Part shown: piece by piece, positions 17,992 to 27,608 of the stretch
Layout: each line of letters starts with the position of its first letter
Position numbering within the stretch: position 1 is the stretch's first letter
NCBI GenBank assembly: GCA_913050205.1
Contig: CAJXAU010000001.1
Location: 1 to 30,351, forward strand
Source: an uncultured Verrucomicrobiota bacterium
Lineage (GTDB): Bacteria > Verrucomicrobiota > Verrucomicrobiia > Limisphaerales > UBA1096
Direction of reading: 5' to 3'
Length of the DNA: 30,351 nt
Made by a program: the position numbers and the translations under genes
Notes under the pieces: generated by a model
Told to the model about the DNA's origin: nothing
Database searches by the model: none
The model's input: the letters and a program-made list of their open reading frames with translations, nothing else

Positions 17992-18452
17992 AGGTTTAAA
18001 TTCTTTATAGCCGCAGCGGCCACGGCTTCGCTGCCTTGATTGGTTTCCTCAAATCGATCCGGGGCCCAGATTTCAAACTTGTTCAACCGCCCCACTAACA
18101 CCGCCTCCTGCTTGATGCCTGCCACGCTCGCCAGTTCCTCCGGCAAACAAAGACGCCCAACTTTGTCTAGCTTCACATGTGCGGAACTTCCGCCGATCAC
18201 CCGCTCAACCACCGCCGCCTCCTCGTCCGAGAGCGACATTTCGTTCAACCGCTCCAGCAGCACCGCCCATCGCGCAGGAGGTAGCACTAATAAATACTGC
18301 TGCTGACCAATCGGCCACGGCAGGATGGTTAACTCAGTTTTGCCTGATTTCGGCCGCCACTTGGAGGGCACCATGACACGCCGGGACCCATCGATTCCGT
18401 GTCGAAATCGGCCTGTAAAAACGGTCGCTGGCTGGTCCTGGGTTGCTGACAT
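17988..18452 (-). CDS. mraZ: Transcriptional regulator MraZ
   Basis: Two SpoVT/AbrB-like repeats (FTGRFRHGIDGSRRVMVPSKWR; VKLDKVGRLCLPEEL...LVGRLNKFEIW). First gene of the dcw operon. Confidence 0.93.
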   Translation of the reverse strand: MSATQDQPATVFTGRFRHGIDGSRRVMVPSKWRPKSGKTELTILPWPIGQQQYLLVLPPARWAVLLERLNEMSLSDEEAAVVERVIGGSSAHVKLDKVGRLCLPEELASVAGIKQEAVLVGRLNKFEIWAPDRFEETNQGSEAVAAAAIKNLNL

Positions 18453-18478
18453 GACAGATGCAAAAGGTGACTGAATCG

Positions 18479-18524
18479 CCCGTTGCGTCCCAATGTTTCC
18501 CGTTCTCTACCGTTTCCTCCCCAA
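18479..18524 (-). promoter_or_regulatory. Five 10-bp-periodic direct repeats, probable MraZ operator
   Basis: On the minus strand: TTGGGG, AACGGT, AACGGG, ATTGGG and AACGGG, spaced exactly 10 bp apart just upstream of mraZ. This matches the 10-bp periodic GGG-core boxes known for MraZ (E. coli TGGGN repeats). Confidence 0.7.
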
Positions 18525-18563
18525 CAGGTCAACCGGTTTTTTGCATTTTTTTTCAGTTTTTTT
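18504..18563 (-). promoter_or_regulatory. Putative sigma70-type dcw promoter with phased A-tracts (UP-like element)
   Basis: -35 TTGACC (18532-18527), 17-bp spacer, weak -10 TAGAGA (18509-18504). A-tracts at 18537-42, 18546-53 and 18557-63. Confidence 0.5.
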
Positions 18564-18725
18564 GCATTTGCCCCTCCCCTTCCCCGTTTTCAGTTCCATT
18601 CAGGCCAATTCGTTAACGATACAGATAATTGGGCATTTTTGCTGAGCCGATAGCCAAGCGGTTGATCTAACGGACCTCGCAGCAAAGGAATCGCACTTCT
18701 GCCGAAAAACCGGTAAAGAGCGCCC

Positions 18726-19799
18726 GTGCGCACGGCCGATTTTGACTACGATCTTCCAGCGGAACTGATCGCCCAGCATCCCGCAGAACGCCGGGATGCC
18801 TCCCGATTGCTGATCGTGGAGCGCTTGGCCAAGCGCTTGGCCCACTGTCAGTTCACCGACCTGTTAGGCTGCATCGAGCCGGGAGACCTGCTGGTCGTGA
18901 ATAATTCCCGCGTCATCCCGGCACGAGTCCGCGGCCAAAAGGAGGGAGACGGCGCCCGGGTCGAAATATTACTGACTGAGCAGCAAGCACCCGGCCAATG
19001 GTGGTGCATGCTCCGCCCGGGCAAACGCATCCACAACGGCACGCAAATCCAGTTGCACGACCTCGACGGAAACCCAACCGACTACTGGGTCACAGCCATC
19101 GAAAAAAACGAAACCGGCAAGTACCTCCTCCAGTTGCCAGACTCTCCGGACGTCTTCCGTATCCTCTCTGAGATTGGAGAGACGCCGCTGCCGCCGTATA
19201 TCGAGCGTAAACCGGTCGACACTCTCGCCGACAGGGAGCGGTACCAAACGGTCTACGCGAAACAGGAAGGATCCGTGGCTGCACCCACAGCCGGGCTTCA
19301 TTTCACCGGGCCATTTCTCGATGAACTGAACGCAAAGGGGATCGGCTTGGCGGAGGTCACCCTGCACGTTGGTCCGGGGACGTTTCAACCGGTGGAGTGC
19401 GACGTGGTCGAGGATCACCCGATGCACGAAGAGTGGTTTGAGATTTCAGCTCAAGCGGCACAGGCCATCAACGAAACCAAACGGAATGGAGGCCGCATTA
19501 TCGCCGTTGGCACAACGAGCATGCGTGTTCTCGAATCGGCTGGTGACGCGAAAAGCAACATCGCTCCTCAGCAAAACCGGACTGACATTTTCATCTACCC
19601 GCCACACGATTTTCGTATCGTCGATGCGTTGCTCACAAATTTCCATCTGCCCAAGTCAACGCTGCTGATGCTGGTCAGCGCGTTCGCTGCTCCCGGTGGA
19701 GAGGCCGGGCGCGAGTTGGTGATGAAGGCCTACGCCGAAGCAGTCGAACAGCGTTACCGTTTTTTCAGCTATGGCGACGCGATGTTTTTGCACCGATGA
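18726..19799 (+). CDS. queA: S-adenosylmethionine:tRNA ribosyltransferase-isomerase
   Basis: FDYDLPAELIAQHP, NNSRVIPAR, PLPPYI, RYQTVYA, GSVAAPTAGLHF, LHVGPGTF, AVGTT, TNFHLPKSTL and YRFFSYGDAM. Confidence 0.97.
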   Translation: MRTADFDYDLPAELIAQHPAERRDASRLLIVERLAKRLAHCQFTDLLGCIEPGDLLVVNNSRVIPARVRGQKEGDGARVEILLTEQQAPGQWWCMLRPGKRIHNGTQIQLHDLDGNPTDYWVTAIEKNETGKYLLQLPDSPDVFRILSEIGETPLPPYIERKPVDTLADRERYQTVYAKQEGSVAAPTAGLHFTGPFLDELNAKGIGLAEVTLHVGPGTFQPVECDVVEDHPMHEEWFEISAQAAQAINETKRNGGRIIAVGTTSMRVLESAGDAKSNIAPQQNRTDIFIYPPHDFRIVDALLTNFHLPKSTLLMLVSAFAAPGGEAGRELVMKAYAEAVEQRYRFFSYGDAMFLHR

Positions 19800-20497
19800 A
19801 ACCGCAACGCCCATTTGTGTTGATAAACATGGCGATGACAGCTGATGGGAAAATTGCGCCACCACATCGCCGCTTTGCCCCGATCGGCAGCCGCCGCGAC
19901 CACGACAATCTTCTCAGGCTACGCACCACTGTGGATGCCGTGATGTGCGGTGCAAGGACGGTGGAGTCCGGTAACATCACGATGGATGCTGGTGGAGCCC
20001 GATACGAACGTCAACGCTTGGCCAAGCGCTTAAACCGACAAAACCTAAGAGTGCTTGTCAGTGGTTCCGGTTCGGTCGATCCGGGTGCCGCCATATTCAA
20101 ATCCCGAATTTCACCCATCCTCATTTTTGTCTCAAGCCAAGCCCCGGCCAAGCGCTTGGCCAAGCTCAAGGCTGTTGCGGATGAGGTGATCGTTTGCGGC
20201 GCCAAGTCGGTAGCGCTTGGCCAGGCGCTTGGCCGCCTGCGCCGCGACTGGAACGTAAAACGCCTCCTTTGCGAAGGAGGCGGTGAGTTGAATTTCGAGC
20301 TGCTCCGGCTTGGCCTTGTCGACGAATTGCACCTGACGATTTGCCCCCGATTGATCGGCGGACGGGATGCCCCGACTATCGCGGACGGTGCCGGTTTTCA
20401 GCGCTTGGCCAAGGCCGCAAAACTGGAGCCGGTTGCCCAGCGGCGTACAGGTGACGAGCTGTTTACGACATGGCGCGTCAGGCCAGAATCTCGTTGA
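19796..20497 (+). CDS. RibD C-terminal / pyrimidine reductase (DHFR-fold) family protein
   Basis: [30 protein letters not shown] and [16 protein letters not shown]. No deaminase domain. ATGA overlap with queA. Confidence 0.85.
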   Translation: MKPQRPFVLINMAMTADGKIAPPHRRFAPIGSRRDHDNLLRLRTTVDAVMCGARTVESGNITMDAGGARYERQRLAKRLNRQNLRVLVSGSGSVDPGAAIFKSRISPILIFVSSQAPAKRLAKLKAVADEVIVCGAKSVALGQALGRLRRDWNVKRLLCEGGGELNFELLRLGLVDELHLTICPRLIGGRDAPTIADGAGFQRLAKAAKLEPVAQRRTGDELFTTWRVRPESR

Positions 20498-21920
20498 CCA
20501 CTCGGGCGCCCTGCACGCCGGTCAGGCGCTGGTCGAGCCCCTGATAGCGGTAGGTGAACCGTTCGTGATCGATGCCAAGGCACTGCAACACCGTGGCGTT
20601 GAGATCGTTGATGTGCACCGGGTCACGGACAATGTTGTAGCTGAAGTCGTCCGTCTCGCCGTGCACGTGGCCCTTCCGGATTCCGCCACCGGCCATCCAC
20701 ATCGTAAAGCAGCGGCCGTGGTGGTCGCGCCCGTGGTTGTCCTTGGTGAGACTGCCCTGCGAGTAGATCGTCCTGCCGAATTCGCCGCCGCAAATCACGA
20801 CGGTGTCCTCCAGCATGCCGCGCTGCTTGAGATCGCGAACGAGGGCGGCTGCCGGCTGATCGACATCCTCGCACTGGCGGCGGACGTCGCGCGGACAGTT
20901 ACCGTGCTGATCCCAGCCGCGGTGGAACAATTGAACAAACGGCACGCCACGCTCGAGCATACGGCGCGCGAGGATGCAATTGTAGGCAAACTTGCCCGGG
21001 GTCTTGGCGTCCTTGCCGTACTGCTCAAATACATGATCCGGCTCGGATTTCAAGTCGGTCAGGTCCGGCACGCTTGCCTGCATGCGAAAAGCCATCTCGT
21101 ACTGGGCGATGCGAGTCTGGATTTCCGAGTCCTGCGTTTCCTCAAACTTGGCGCGGTTAACGGCGTTGATGCTGTCGAGAATCGCGCGGCGTGACCCGCT
21201 GGTGATGCCCGGTGGGTTGTTCAGGTAGAGCACCGGCTCGCCAGAGCTGCGGAACTTCACGCCCTGATGCTTGGACGGCAGGAAACCGCTGCCCCAAAGA
21301 CGCGAGTAGAGAGCCTGACTGCCGCCGCGTCCCTTGGAGATCATCACGATGTAGCCCGGAAGGTTGTCGCTCGGGCTGCCAAGGCCGTAGTTCAACCAGG
21401 CGCCCATGCTGGGGTGGCCGAGTTGCTGCGTGCCGGTGTTGATGTAAGTGATCGCCGGGTCGTGGTTGATCGCCTCGGTGTTGACACTGCGGATGAGGGA
21501 GATCTCGTCCGCGATCGAGGCGACGTTTGGCAGAATCTCGCTGAAGTATCCGCCGCTCTGCCCGTGTTGCTTGAAATCGAACATCGGGGCCACGCATGGG
21601 AACGACTTTTGGCCGGAGGTCATGCCGGTGATACGCTGGCCGTTGCGGATGGAGTCCGGCAACTCGATGCCGTGAATCTTCCGCATCGCGGGCTTGTAGT
21701 CATACATGTCGATGTGCGACGGGCCGCCGGAGAAAAACAGGTAAATTACCCGCTTGGCCTTGGGTTTGAAATGCGGCTCGCCCATCGCGCCGCGGCCGGC
21801 GGCGTTGAGCATTCCGGGCTGGGCCAGTGAGGCGAGGCCCATCGCGCCCATTCCGCGTGCGCCGATGTTCAAAAACTTGCGGCGATCGATCAGGTGATCC
21901 GAGTTGAGCAGTGGAATCAT
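20478..21920 (-). CDS. DUF1501 family protein (alkaline-phosphatase-like), probable Tat substrate
   Basis: RRKFL twin-arginine signal, [46 protein letters not shown] and [19 protein letters not shown] ribosome-binding site before ATG 21920. Confidence 0.88.
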   Translation of the reverse strand: MIPLLNSDHLIDRRKFLNIGARGMGAMGLASLAQPGMLNAAGRGAMGEPHFKPKAKRVIYLFFSGGPSHIDMYDYKPAMRKIHGIELPDSIRNGQRITGMTSGQKSFPCVAPMFDFKQHGQSGGYFSEILPNVASIADEISLIRSVNTEAINHDPAITYINTGTQQLGHPSMGAWLNYGLGSPSDNLPGYIVMISKGRGGSQALYSRLWGSGFLPSKHQGVKFRSSGEPVLYLNNPPGITSGSRRAILDSINAVNRAKFEETQDSEIQTRIAQYEMAFRMQASVPDLTDLKSEPDHVFEQYGKDAKTPGKFAYNCILARRMLERGVPFVQLFHRGWDQHGNCPRDVRRQCEDVDQPAAALVRDLKQRGMLEDTVVICGGEFGRTIYSQGSLTKDNHGRDHHGRCFTMWMAGGGIRKGHVHGETDDFSYNIVRDPVHINDLNATVLQCLGIDHERFTYRYQGLDQRLTGVQGARVVNEILA

Positions 21921-21922
21921 GT

Positions 21923-24886
21923 TTACTCCTTGGTTAAAACTTCGTCGAGATTGAGAATGGCACTGGCCACGGTCGTCCACGCGGCGTGCTGGGCCATGTC
22001 GACCGATTCGTCGCGCTTGGCCTCGCCAAATTTGAGTAGTTCCTCCGCCCGTTTTTTGTCGGCGGTGAACTCTTTGAGCTGGCTGTCGTAAAGATCGCGG
22101 AACACGCGTTTGCGCAGGTCGTCGGCAGGACGCGAGGTCGTCAACAGGAAGGCGTAGTCGAGCTGCGAATCAAAGTCCGGCCCGCCCTGCTGCAGCACGC
22201 GCTGCGCGAACACCCTCGCGGCCTCGACAAACTGCACGTCGTTCATCGTCACCAACGCCTGCATTGGCGTGTTGGTGCGAGGCCGCTGGATCACGCACTT
22301 CTCACGAGTCGGCGCATCAAACGCCACCATGTTCGGCATCGGCGCAGAGCGTTTCCAGTAGGTGTACATCGAGCGACGGTACAGTTTCTGGTCGTTGTCG
22401 CGCTTGTAAAAAAGCCCACCGTTGAGTGCGACCTCGTTCCAGATGCGCGGCGGCTGATACGGCTTCACGCTTGGCCCACCGATCTGGCCGTTTAGAATGC
22501 CGCTCACCGAAAGGGCGTTGTCGCGGATGAACTCTCCCTGCAACCGAAAACGCGGCGCGCGGGAGAGGTAAATATTCTGAGGATCTTGCTCCAGTTTTTC
22601 ACGAGTCGCAGCGGACACCTGGCGGTACGTGGCCGACATGAGCATCTGCTTGAGGATGCGTTTCACATTCCAGCCGCTGTCGGCAAAGTCGCGCGACAAA
22701 TAATCCAATAGACCCGGGTGGCTTGGCAGCGCGCCGCGTGTACCAAAGTCGGCCACCGTGCTAACCAGTCCGGAGCCGAACAGCATGGCCCAGTAACGAT
22801 TCACTGCCACGCGGGATGTCAGCGGGTGGTCGTCGTCGGTGAGCCACTTGGCCAAGCTCAACCGTTTTTGCGGAGCGTCCTTGGGAAGGGACGGCAACAC
22901 CTTGGGCACGTTCGGGAAAATCTCCTGATCCTTGATCGGCGAGGCGTAGTGACCACGGTTAAGCACGTAGGTTTTGCGCGGCTTGGCCAAGTCGCCCATC
23001 GTCATCACAGTGACGATGCCGTTGTTGTAGTCGTTGACCGATTTCTCGGCCGCCTTGATTTTTTCGTCCAACTGCTTGGCCAAGGGCCAGACGGACTTTT
23101 CATAATACTCCCGCAGCTTGGCCACGTGCTCTTCGCTCAAGACGTCCTGGCCAAGGTTCGCCAACACCTCCTGTGGCAGACTCGACCCGCCGAGTTTGAA
23201 ATACATTCCTCCCTGACCACCATTGTTGACGATCTTGATCAGCAGATGATTGTCGCCCTTGGCCAGATTCAACTCCGCCTTTTCCTGATCGGCGGCCGGC
23301 CCGCGGTTGGCATTGTTTGCCAGGATTTGTTTGCCGTTGAGGAAAACCTTGATGCCGTCGTCGCTGCCCAGAGACACACCCACCTTCTGGGCGTTCGGCG
23401 ACTTCACCGTGCGATAAAAATAGGACGCACTCTTCTCAGGCAAACCGATGGTGTGCACCTTGCCATCCTCATACTTGCGGGCCTCCCACTTTTTGCCGCC
23501 GTATTCCTTTTTCAAATCAACCCCTTTTTCCGGGCCAAAATCCTTGTTGAACGCCTCGTTGCTGTCCTTCGCGCCAAAACTGCCGAGGAATTGCCAACCG
23601 CCGAGTTCCGGCGGGTGCGGCACTTCGTCCACGCGATTGTCAGCGATCCATTCGTCCATCTCCTTCAACGTCGGCTTGGCCTTGGCCCGCTCCGCCTTGG
23701 CCAGTTCCACCGCCGCACGGCGGTTCTCCAGTTCCCGGTTTTGCATCATGGTCGGCACCTTGATCATCGGCGCAGAATTTCCGTTGCGCGTCTGCATTCC
23801 CTTGTCCGAGTTAATGTTGAAGTAGGCGTAAAACTGATAGTACTCCTTCTGCGAAATGGGATCGTACTTGTGGTCGTGGCACTGCGCGCATTCCATCGTC
23901 AAACCAAGCCAGACGTTGGAGGTCGTTTTGACCCGATCGACGTTATATTCCACCCGGTACTCTTCGGCGATCGCCCCGCCCTCGTCGGTCGTGCCGTGGT
24001 TGCGATTAAACCCGGAGGCCACTTTTTGCGCGAGCGTGGCATTCTCCAGTTGATCGCCGGCCAACTGCTCGATGGTAAACTCGTCGAATCGTTTGTTGTC
24101 GTTGTAGGCGTCGATCGTCCAGTCGCGCCATGGCCACATGAAACGCACACCGTCATCATGATACACACTCGAGTCGCCGTATCGTGCAGCATCCATCCAC
24201 GCCAACGCCATCCGCTCTCCGTACCGTTCACTGGCCAGCAATGAATCGACCAGTTTTTCGTAGGCGTTCGGGTCGGTATCGTTCACGAACCGCTCCACCT
24301 CCTCCGGTGACGGCGGCAGGCCGGTCAGGTCAAAGCACACCCGACGAATCAACGTGCGACGATCCGCCTCCTTCGACGGCTTCAATCCCTGCTGCTCCAT
24401 CTTCGCGAGCGTGTAAAAATCGATCGAGTTCTTCGGCCAAGCCTTCTTCTGCACCTTGGGCAGGTTGGGCGTCTTCGGAGTCACGAATGCCCAGTGATCC
24501 TCCCATGCCGCACCCTGTGTGATCCATCGCTCAATTAGTGCAATCTCCTCAGCGGACATCTCCAGTTTGCTCTCCGGCGGAGGCATCAAGTCGTCCTTAT
24601 CGTGGGCCGTAATACGCTGGAAAAGCAGACTCTCTTTCGGTTTGCCGGGAGCGACAATCCGATCCTCGCCCTCTCCGCTGAATAACCCATCGCGTGTGTC
24701 CAGTCGCAGGTCGGCCTTGCGATGTTCCTCGTCCGGCCCGTGACACTGCACACAGTAGTGGGACAACACCGGGCGCACATCGATACCGAATCGCACCTCT
24801 CCCGGCTGGGCTGCCTGCGCTTGGCCAAGCGCAATCACTGCGGCCAAAGGCATCAGCAAACTAATCCGTTGGATAAAAAACATCAT
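21923..24886 (-). CDS. PSCyt1/DUF1549/DUF1553 planctomycete-type cytochrome c domain protein
   Basis: Signal peptide; CxxCH motifs CVQCHGPD and [11 protein letters not shown]; [38 protein letters not shown] and NTP.QAL..MND. Confidence 0.9.
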   Translation of the reverse strand: MMFFIQRISLLMPLAAVIALGQAQAAQPGEVRFGIDVRPVLSHYCVQCHGPDEEHRKADLRLDTRDGLFSGEGEDRIVAPGKPKESLLFQRITAHDKDDLMPPPESKLEMSAEEIALIERWITQGAAWEDHWAFVTPKTPNLPKVQKKAWPKNSIDFYTLAKMEQQGLKPSKEADRRTLIRRVCFDLTGLPPSPEEVERFVNDTDPNAYEKLVDSLLASERYGERMALAWMDAARYGDSSVYHDDGVRFMWPWRDWTIDAYNDNKRFDEFTIEQLAGDQLENATLAQKVASGFNRNHGTTDEGGAIAEEYRVEYNVDRVKTTSNVWLGLTMECAQCHDHKYDPISQKEYYQFYAYFNINSDKGMQTRNGNSAPMIKVPTMMQNRELENRRAAVELAKAERAKAKPTLKEMDEWIADNRVDEVPHPPELGGWQFLGSFGAKDSNEAFNKDFGPEKGVDLKKEYGGKKWEARKYEDGKVHTIGLPEKSASYFYRTVKSPNAQKVGVSLGSDDGIKVFLNGKQILANNANRGPAADQEKAELNLAKGDNHLLIKIVNNGGQGGMYFKLGGSSLPQEVLANLGQDVLSEEHVAKLREYYEKSVWPLAKQLDEKIKAAEKSVNDYNNGIVTVMTMGDLAKPRKTYVLNRGHYASPIKDQEIFPNVPKVLPSLPKDAPQKRLSLAKWLTDDDHPLTSRVAVNRYWAMLFGSGLVSTVADFGTRGALPSHPGLLDYLSRDFADSGWNVKRILKQMLMSATYRQVSAATREKLEQDPQNIYLSRAPRFRLQGEFIRDNALSVSGILNGQIGGPSVKPYQPPRIWNEVALNGGLFYKRDNDQKLYRRSMYTYWKRSAPMPNMVAFDAPTREKCVIQRPRTNTPMQALVTMNDVQFVEAARVFAQRVLQQGGPDFDSQLDYAFLLTTSRPADDLRKRVFRDLYDSQLKEFTADKKRAEELLKFGEAKRDESVDMAQHAAWTTVASAILNLDEVLTKE

Positions 24887-25005
24887 GGACAAAAAAGCTC
24901 AAAAACTCCCTAAGCGAAAAATCTGGCGAAAAAATGCCTGCAAGAACACACAAAATCAAGGTCATGTTGACCCGAATCGGAGTAATTTTATTCGATCATT
25001 CCACT

Positions 25006-27603
25006 TTATTTGGTGCGAAATGCCCGGCTATCGATTAGGGAGAAAAACAGGTCTCCGAATTGGTTTTTTTCTAGCTCGTTTTCTCGGACTAACTGGGCGA
25101 TTTCCCTTCGCTCCACATAGCTCAAGGGCCGGCCTGTGGCATACACCAACAGCTTCTCTGCAAGGCACTTGGAAAAGTCATCGATGTTGCCCACAACCCA
25201 TTTTTTAAGGTCGAGGATACCGTTTATTTTTGTCCCGTCCGGGAGCATCCCGGATGGGTTGATCTCGCTCCCCTGTTCCATCACCCGCTGACCTTTTTCG
25301 TTCTTTTTGAAAACCGGATAGTGTTCCCGCCAGCGGCCCACTGGATCGAAATTCTCAAGCGCCAAACCGATCGGGTCGATTTTTTTGTGACATACATTGC
25401 AGCTGGCATCCGCGGTGTGGGCCTTGAGTTGCTCCCGAATCGTGTTTGCCCCAGTCGTGTCAGGCGTGATCGCCGGGACCGAATCCGGTGGTGGCGGTGG
25501 CGGGTTGCCCAAAATATTTTCCAGCACCCAGACTCCACGCACCACAGGCTGGGTGTGAACCCCGTTGGCAGTGGCTGCCAGCACGGCCGCTTGGCCAAGC
25601 AGCCCCCCATGCCGGCCGCCGCGCTGCAAGGCAACCCGCTGCAACGCGTCGGTGTCCTTCAGGCCTTCGTCGATCCCATAAATTTTCTTGGCGATGGCAG
25701 CGGTAGTGATGGTGAAGTCGGGATCGATAAAATCAGTCATCGGCCGATTCTCCCTGAGCATGGTCTCGAAGAAACGCTCTGACTCGCGCCGGGCCAACTG
25801 CAGTTCCGCTTGGCCAAGCGCAAGGCGCGCATCCGGCATGAGGTGTTCGAGCCTGCGCGTGTCGAGCCACTGCCCCACGAAATGCTCCACAAACGCTGCG
25901 GACGATTTGGCCCGAAGCAGCCGCTTGGCCTGCTGCCGTAGTTCATCATCACGCAACAACGCCCCGGAGCTCGCACTGGCCAACAGTTCGGCATCCGGCG
26001 GGGCGCTCGTCAAAAAATAGGCCAGACGGCTCGCGAGATCGTGTGCGTCTAGTTCGCCCGGCTCGAGAGCACGGTATAGAAATTGCGGTGAGATGAGCAT
26101 CGTGCGGATGGCCAGATGAACTCCCTCGTTAAACGTGTGGCCTTGGCCAAGGTGTTCGCGCATTAGTTGCCAGTAGGCATCGACGTCCCGGTTGGTCGGC
26201 GGCTTGCGATTCACCCGCGAAAGTAACTGGCGCAATACATCCCGGGCGTGGGCCTCCTCACTACGGTCGCCACGGTCACCGATCAGTTTGGCCTGCAGTT
26301 CCCGGCGGCGTTTTTCCGCGGGACTCTCGATGACCCTGAGCGGGCCTTCGATGATGGTGCGATGAATGTCGAGTCCCGGCCCGTCCTCAAAGTGCTCGTA
26401 CGAGATCGTGTCGATATAGAGCACCGGATCCTTGAGCATTTCTTTGATGAGTTTTTCCGTGTCGGGGTGATCCATCGTCGCTCTGGACAGGTCGAGATCT
26501 TCACGGGCCAAATGCTTTTTGATGCGCCGCCAGCCGATGCCTCCGCGAATCGGGTTACCGAGTTTCACCTGTTGCCACGCAGCGAGCAGGCGCGGCTTGG
26601 CCTTGAACTTTGCGCGAAGCATCTGCTCGTAGGCCGGCTTGTCACCGCGGTCGCCGTCCAGCGGCGCATTTGCGAAGTAAAAAACAATCGTGTCGCCCTT
26701 GTGCAGTTCGGCCACAAATTCAAACTCGGCCGGTGATTGTCGAGACACCTCGACTGCATGAAGCAGACGCAGACTCGGGACTTTTACATCATCGCTTTGC
26801 GACACCGGCTTGGCCCGGAGTTCAAGTCTCATTGGCTGGTCGTGCTCCGGTTTAAACGCAGAGAGGCTCATCCTCACCCGGTACGTGCCGGAGGTGTGCA
26901 CTTCGAATTTGCTTGGCCAAGTGCAGCTGCGCATCACCGGGTCGTGCTTGGTCACCAGTCGCATGGCGCCGCCACGGATGCTGCTCGCAGAGTAACTGAT
27001 CGCCATGTCTTCCGGCTCGACCACCACGGTCTCGCGCTTGGCCAAGCGCCGGTTTGGCAGAATAATCCGGTCGGCCACATCCGCCGCAGCGAGGGTGTAG
27101 GCCTCCAGTAGCGGAGGAGACAGGATGAGTGATTCGCCGATGTTATCGAATCCGTGCCGCTCAACATCTGGCGGAAAACTGTCCGGCAATTCGAACCCGA
27201 TGCCGAAAATTGAGCGGATGCTGTTTCGATACTCTGCGCGGTTGAGCCTGCGCGCCACCGTACCGCCCACCGGGGAGTGTCGTGTCAATTGCGTGTCCAG
27301 CCAGGCAACAAACGACTCACGCTCCACGCCGAACGGTTGCCGTTTTTTTGCGGGCGGCATTTCCCCGGCGGCAAGCACGTTCATGACACGCTCCCAATGG
27401 TTGCGGACAGTCGCGCGGCTCCAGTCAATCTCGGAAGCCTCGAGCACCACACCACCCTTGCCAGTGTCGGTGTCGTGACAGTCGAGACAGTACGCGTTGA
27501 GAAATTCCGCCGGGGCTCGGGGTATAGGTTCAGCACCCTGCGCCGTGCCAAAAAGAGCGCAACCGAAGAGGACAAACAGCAACCGAAAACCACCGCCGAT
27601 CAT
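25006..27603 (-). CDS. DUF1592/DUF1588/DUF1587/DUF1595/DUF1585 planctomycete-type cytochrome c domain protein
   Basis: Signal peptide; CLDCHD and CNVCHKKIDPIGLALENFD; RRLNRAEYRN, LISPQFLYR, LASRLAYFL...PD, FVGQWL and T.PVVRGVWVLENILG. Confidence 0.9.
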   Translation of the reverse strand: MIGGGFRLLFVLFGCALFGTAQGAEPIPRAPAEFLNAYCLDCHDTDTGKGGVVLEASEIDWSRATVRNHWERVMNVLAAGEMPPAKKRQPFGVERESFVAWLDTQLTRHSPVGGTVARRLNRAEYRNSIRSIFGIGFELPDSFPPDVERHGFDNIGESLILSPPLLEAYTLAAADVADRIILPNRRLAKRETVVVEPEDMAISYSASSIRGGAMRLVTKHDPVMRSCTWPSKFEVHTSGTYRVRMSLSAFKPEHDQPMRLELRAKPVSQSDDVKVPSLRLLHAVEVSRQSPAEFEFVAELHKGDTIVFYFANAPLDGDRGDKPAYEQMLRAKFKAKPRLLAAWQQVKLGNPIRGGIGWRRIKKHLAREDLDLSRATMDHPDTEKLIKEMLKDPVLYIDTISYEHFEDGPGLDIHRTIIEGPLRVIESPAEKRRRELQAKLIGDRGDRSEEAHARDVLRQLLSRVNRKPPTNRDVDAYWQLMREHLGQGHTFNEGVHLAIRTMLISPQFLYRALEPGELDAHDLASRLAYFLTSAPPDAELLASASSGALLRDDELRQQAKRLLRAKSSAAFVEHFVGQWLDTRRLEHLMPDARLALGQAELQLARRESERFFETMLRENRPMTDFIDPDFTITTAAIAKKIYGIDEGLKDTDALQRVALQRGGRHGGLLGQAAVLAATANGVHTQPVVRGVWVLENILGNPPPPPPDSVPAITPDTTGANTIREQLKAHTADASCNVCHKKIDPIGLALENFDPVGRWREHYPVFKKNEKGQRVMEQGSEINPSGMLPDGTKINGILDLKKWVVGNIDDFSKCLAEKLLVYATGRPLSYVERREIAQLVRENELEKNQFGDLFFSLIDSRAFRTK

Positions 27604-27608
27604 GGCGA

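Noticed and set aside
18571-18585. G-rich tract GGGGAAGGGGAGGGG upstream of the dcw promoter, as a G-quadruplex
   Set aside because: Only three G-runs are present; an intramolecular G4 needs four.
18610-18619. Palindrome TCGTTAACGA in the mraZ-queA divergent region
   Set aside because: A single 10-bp palindrome that matches no motif I can name and is within chance expectation.
20478-20497. 20-bp 3' overlap of the convergent RibD-like and DUF1501 genes
   Set aside because: Short convergent overlaps are common, and no further structure was seen.
22718-24244. 508-aa plus-strand ORF
   Set aside because: Antisense shadow of the DUF1553 gene with no recognisable motifs. Such shadows are expected in GC-rich coding DNA.
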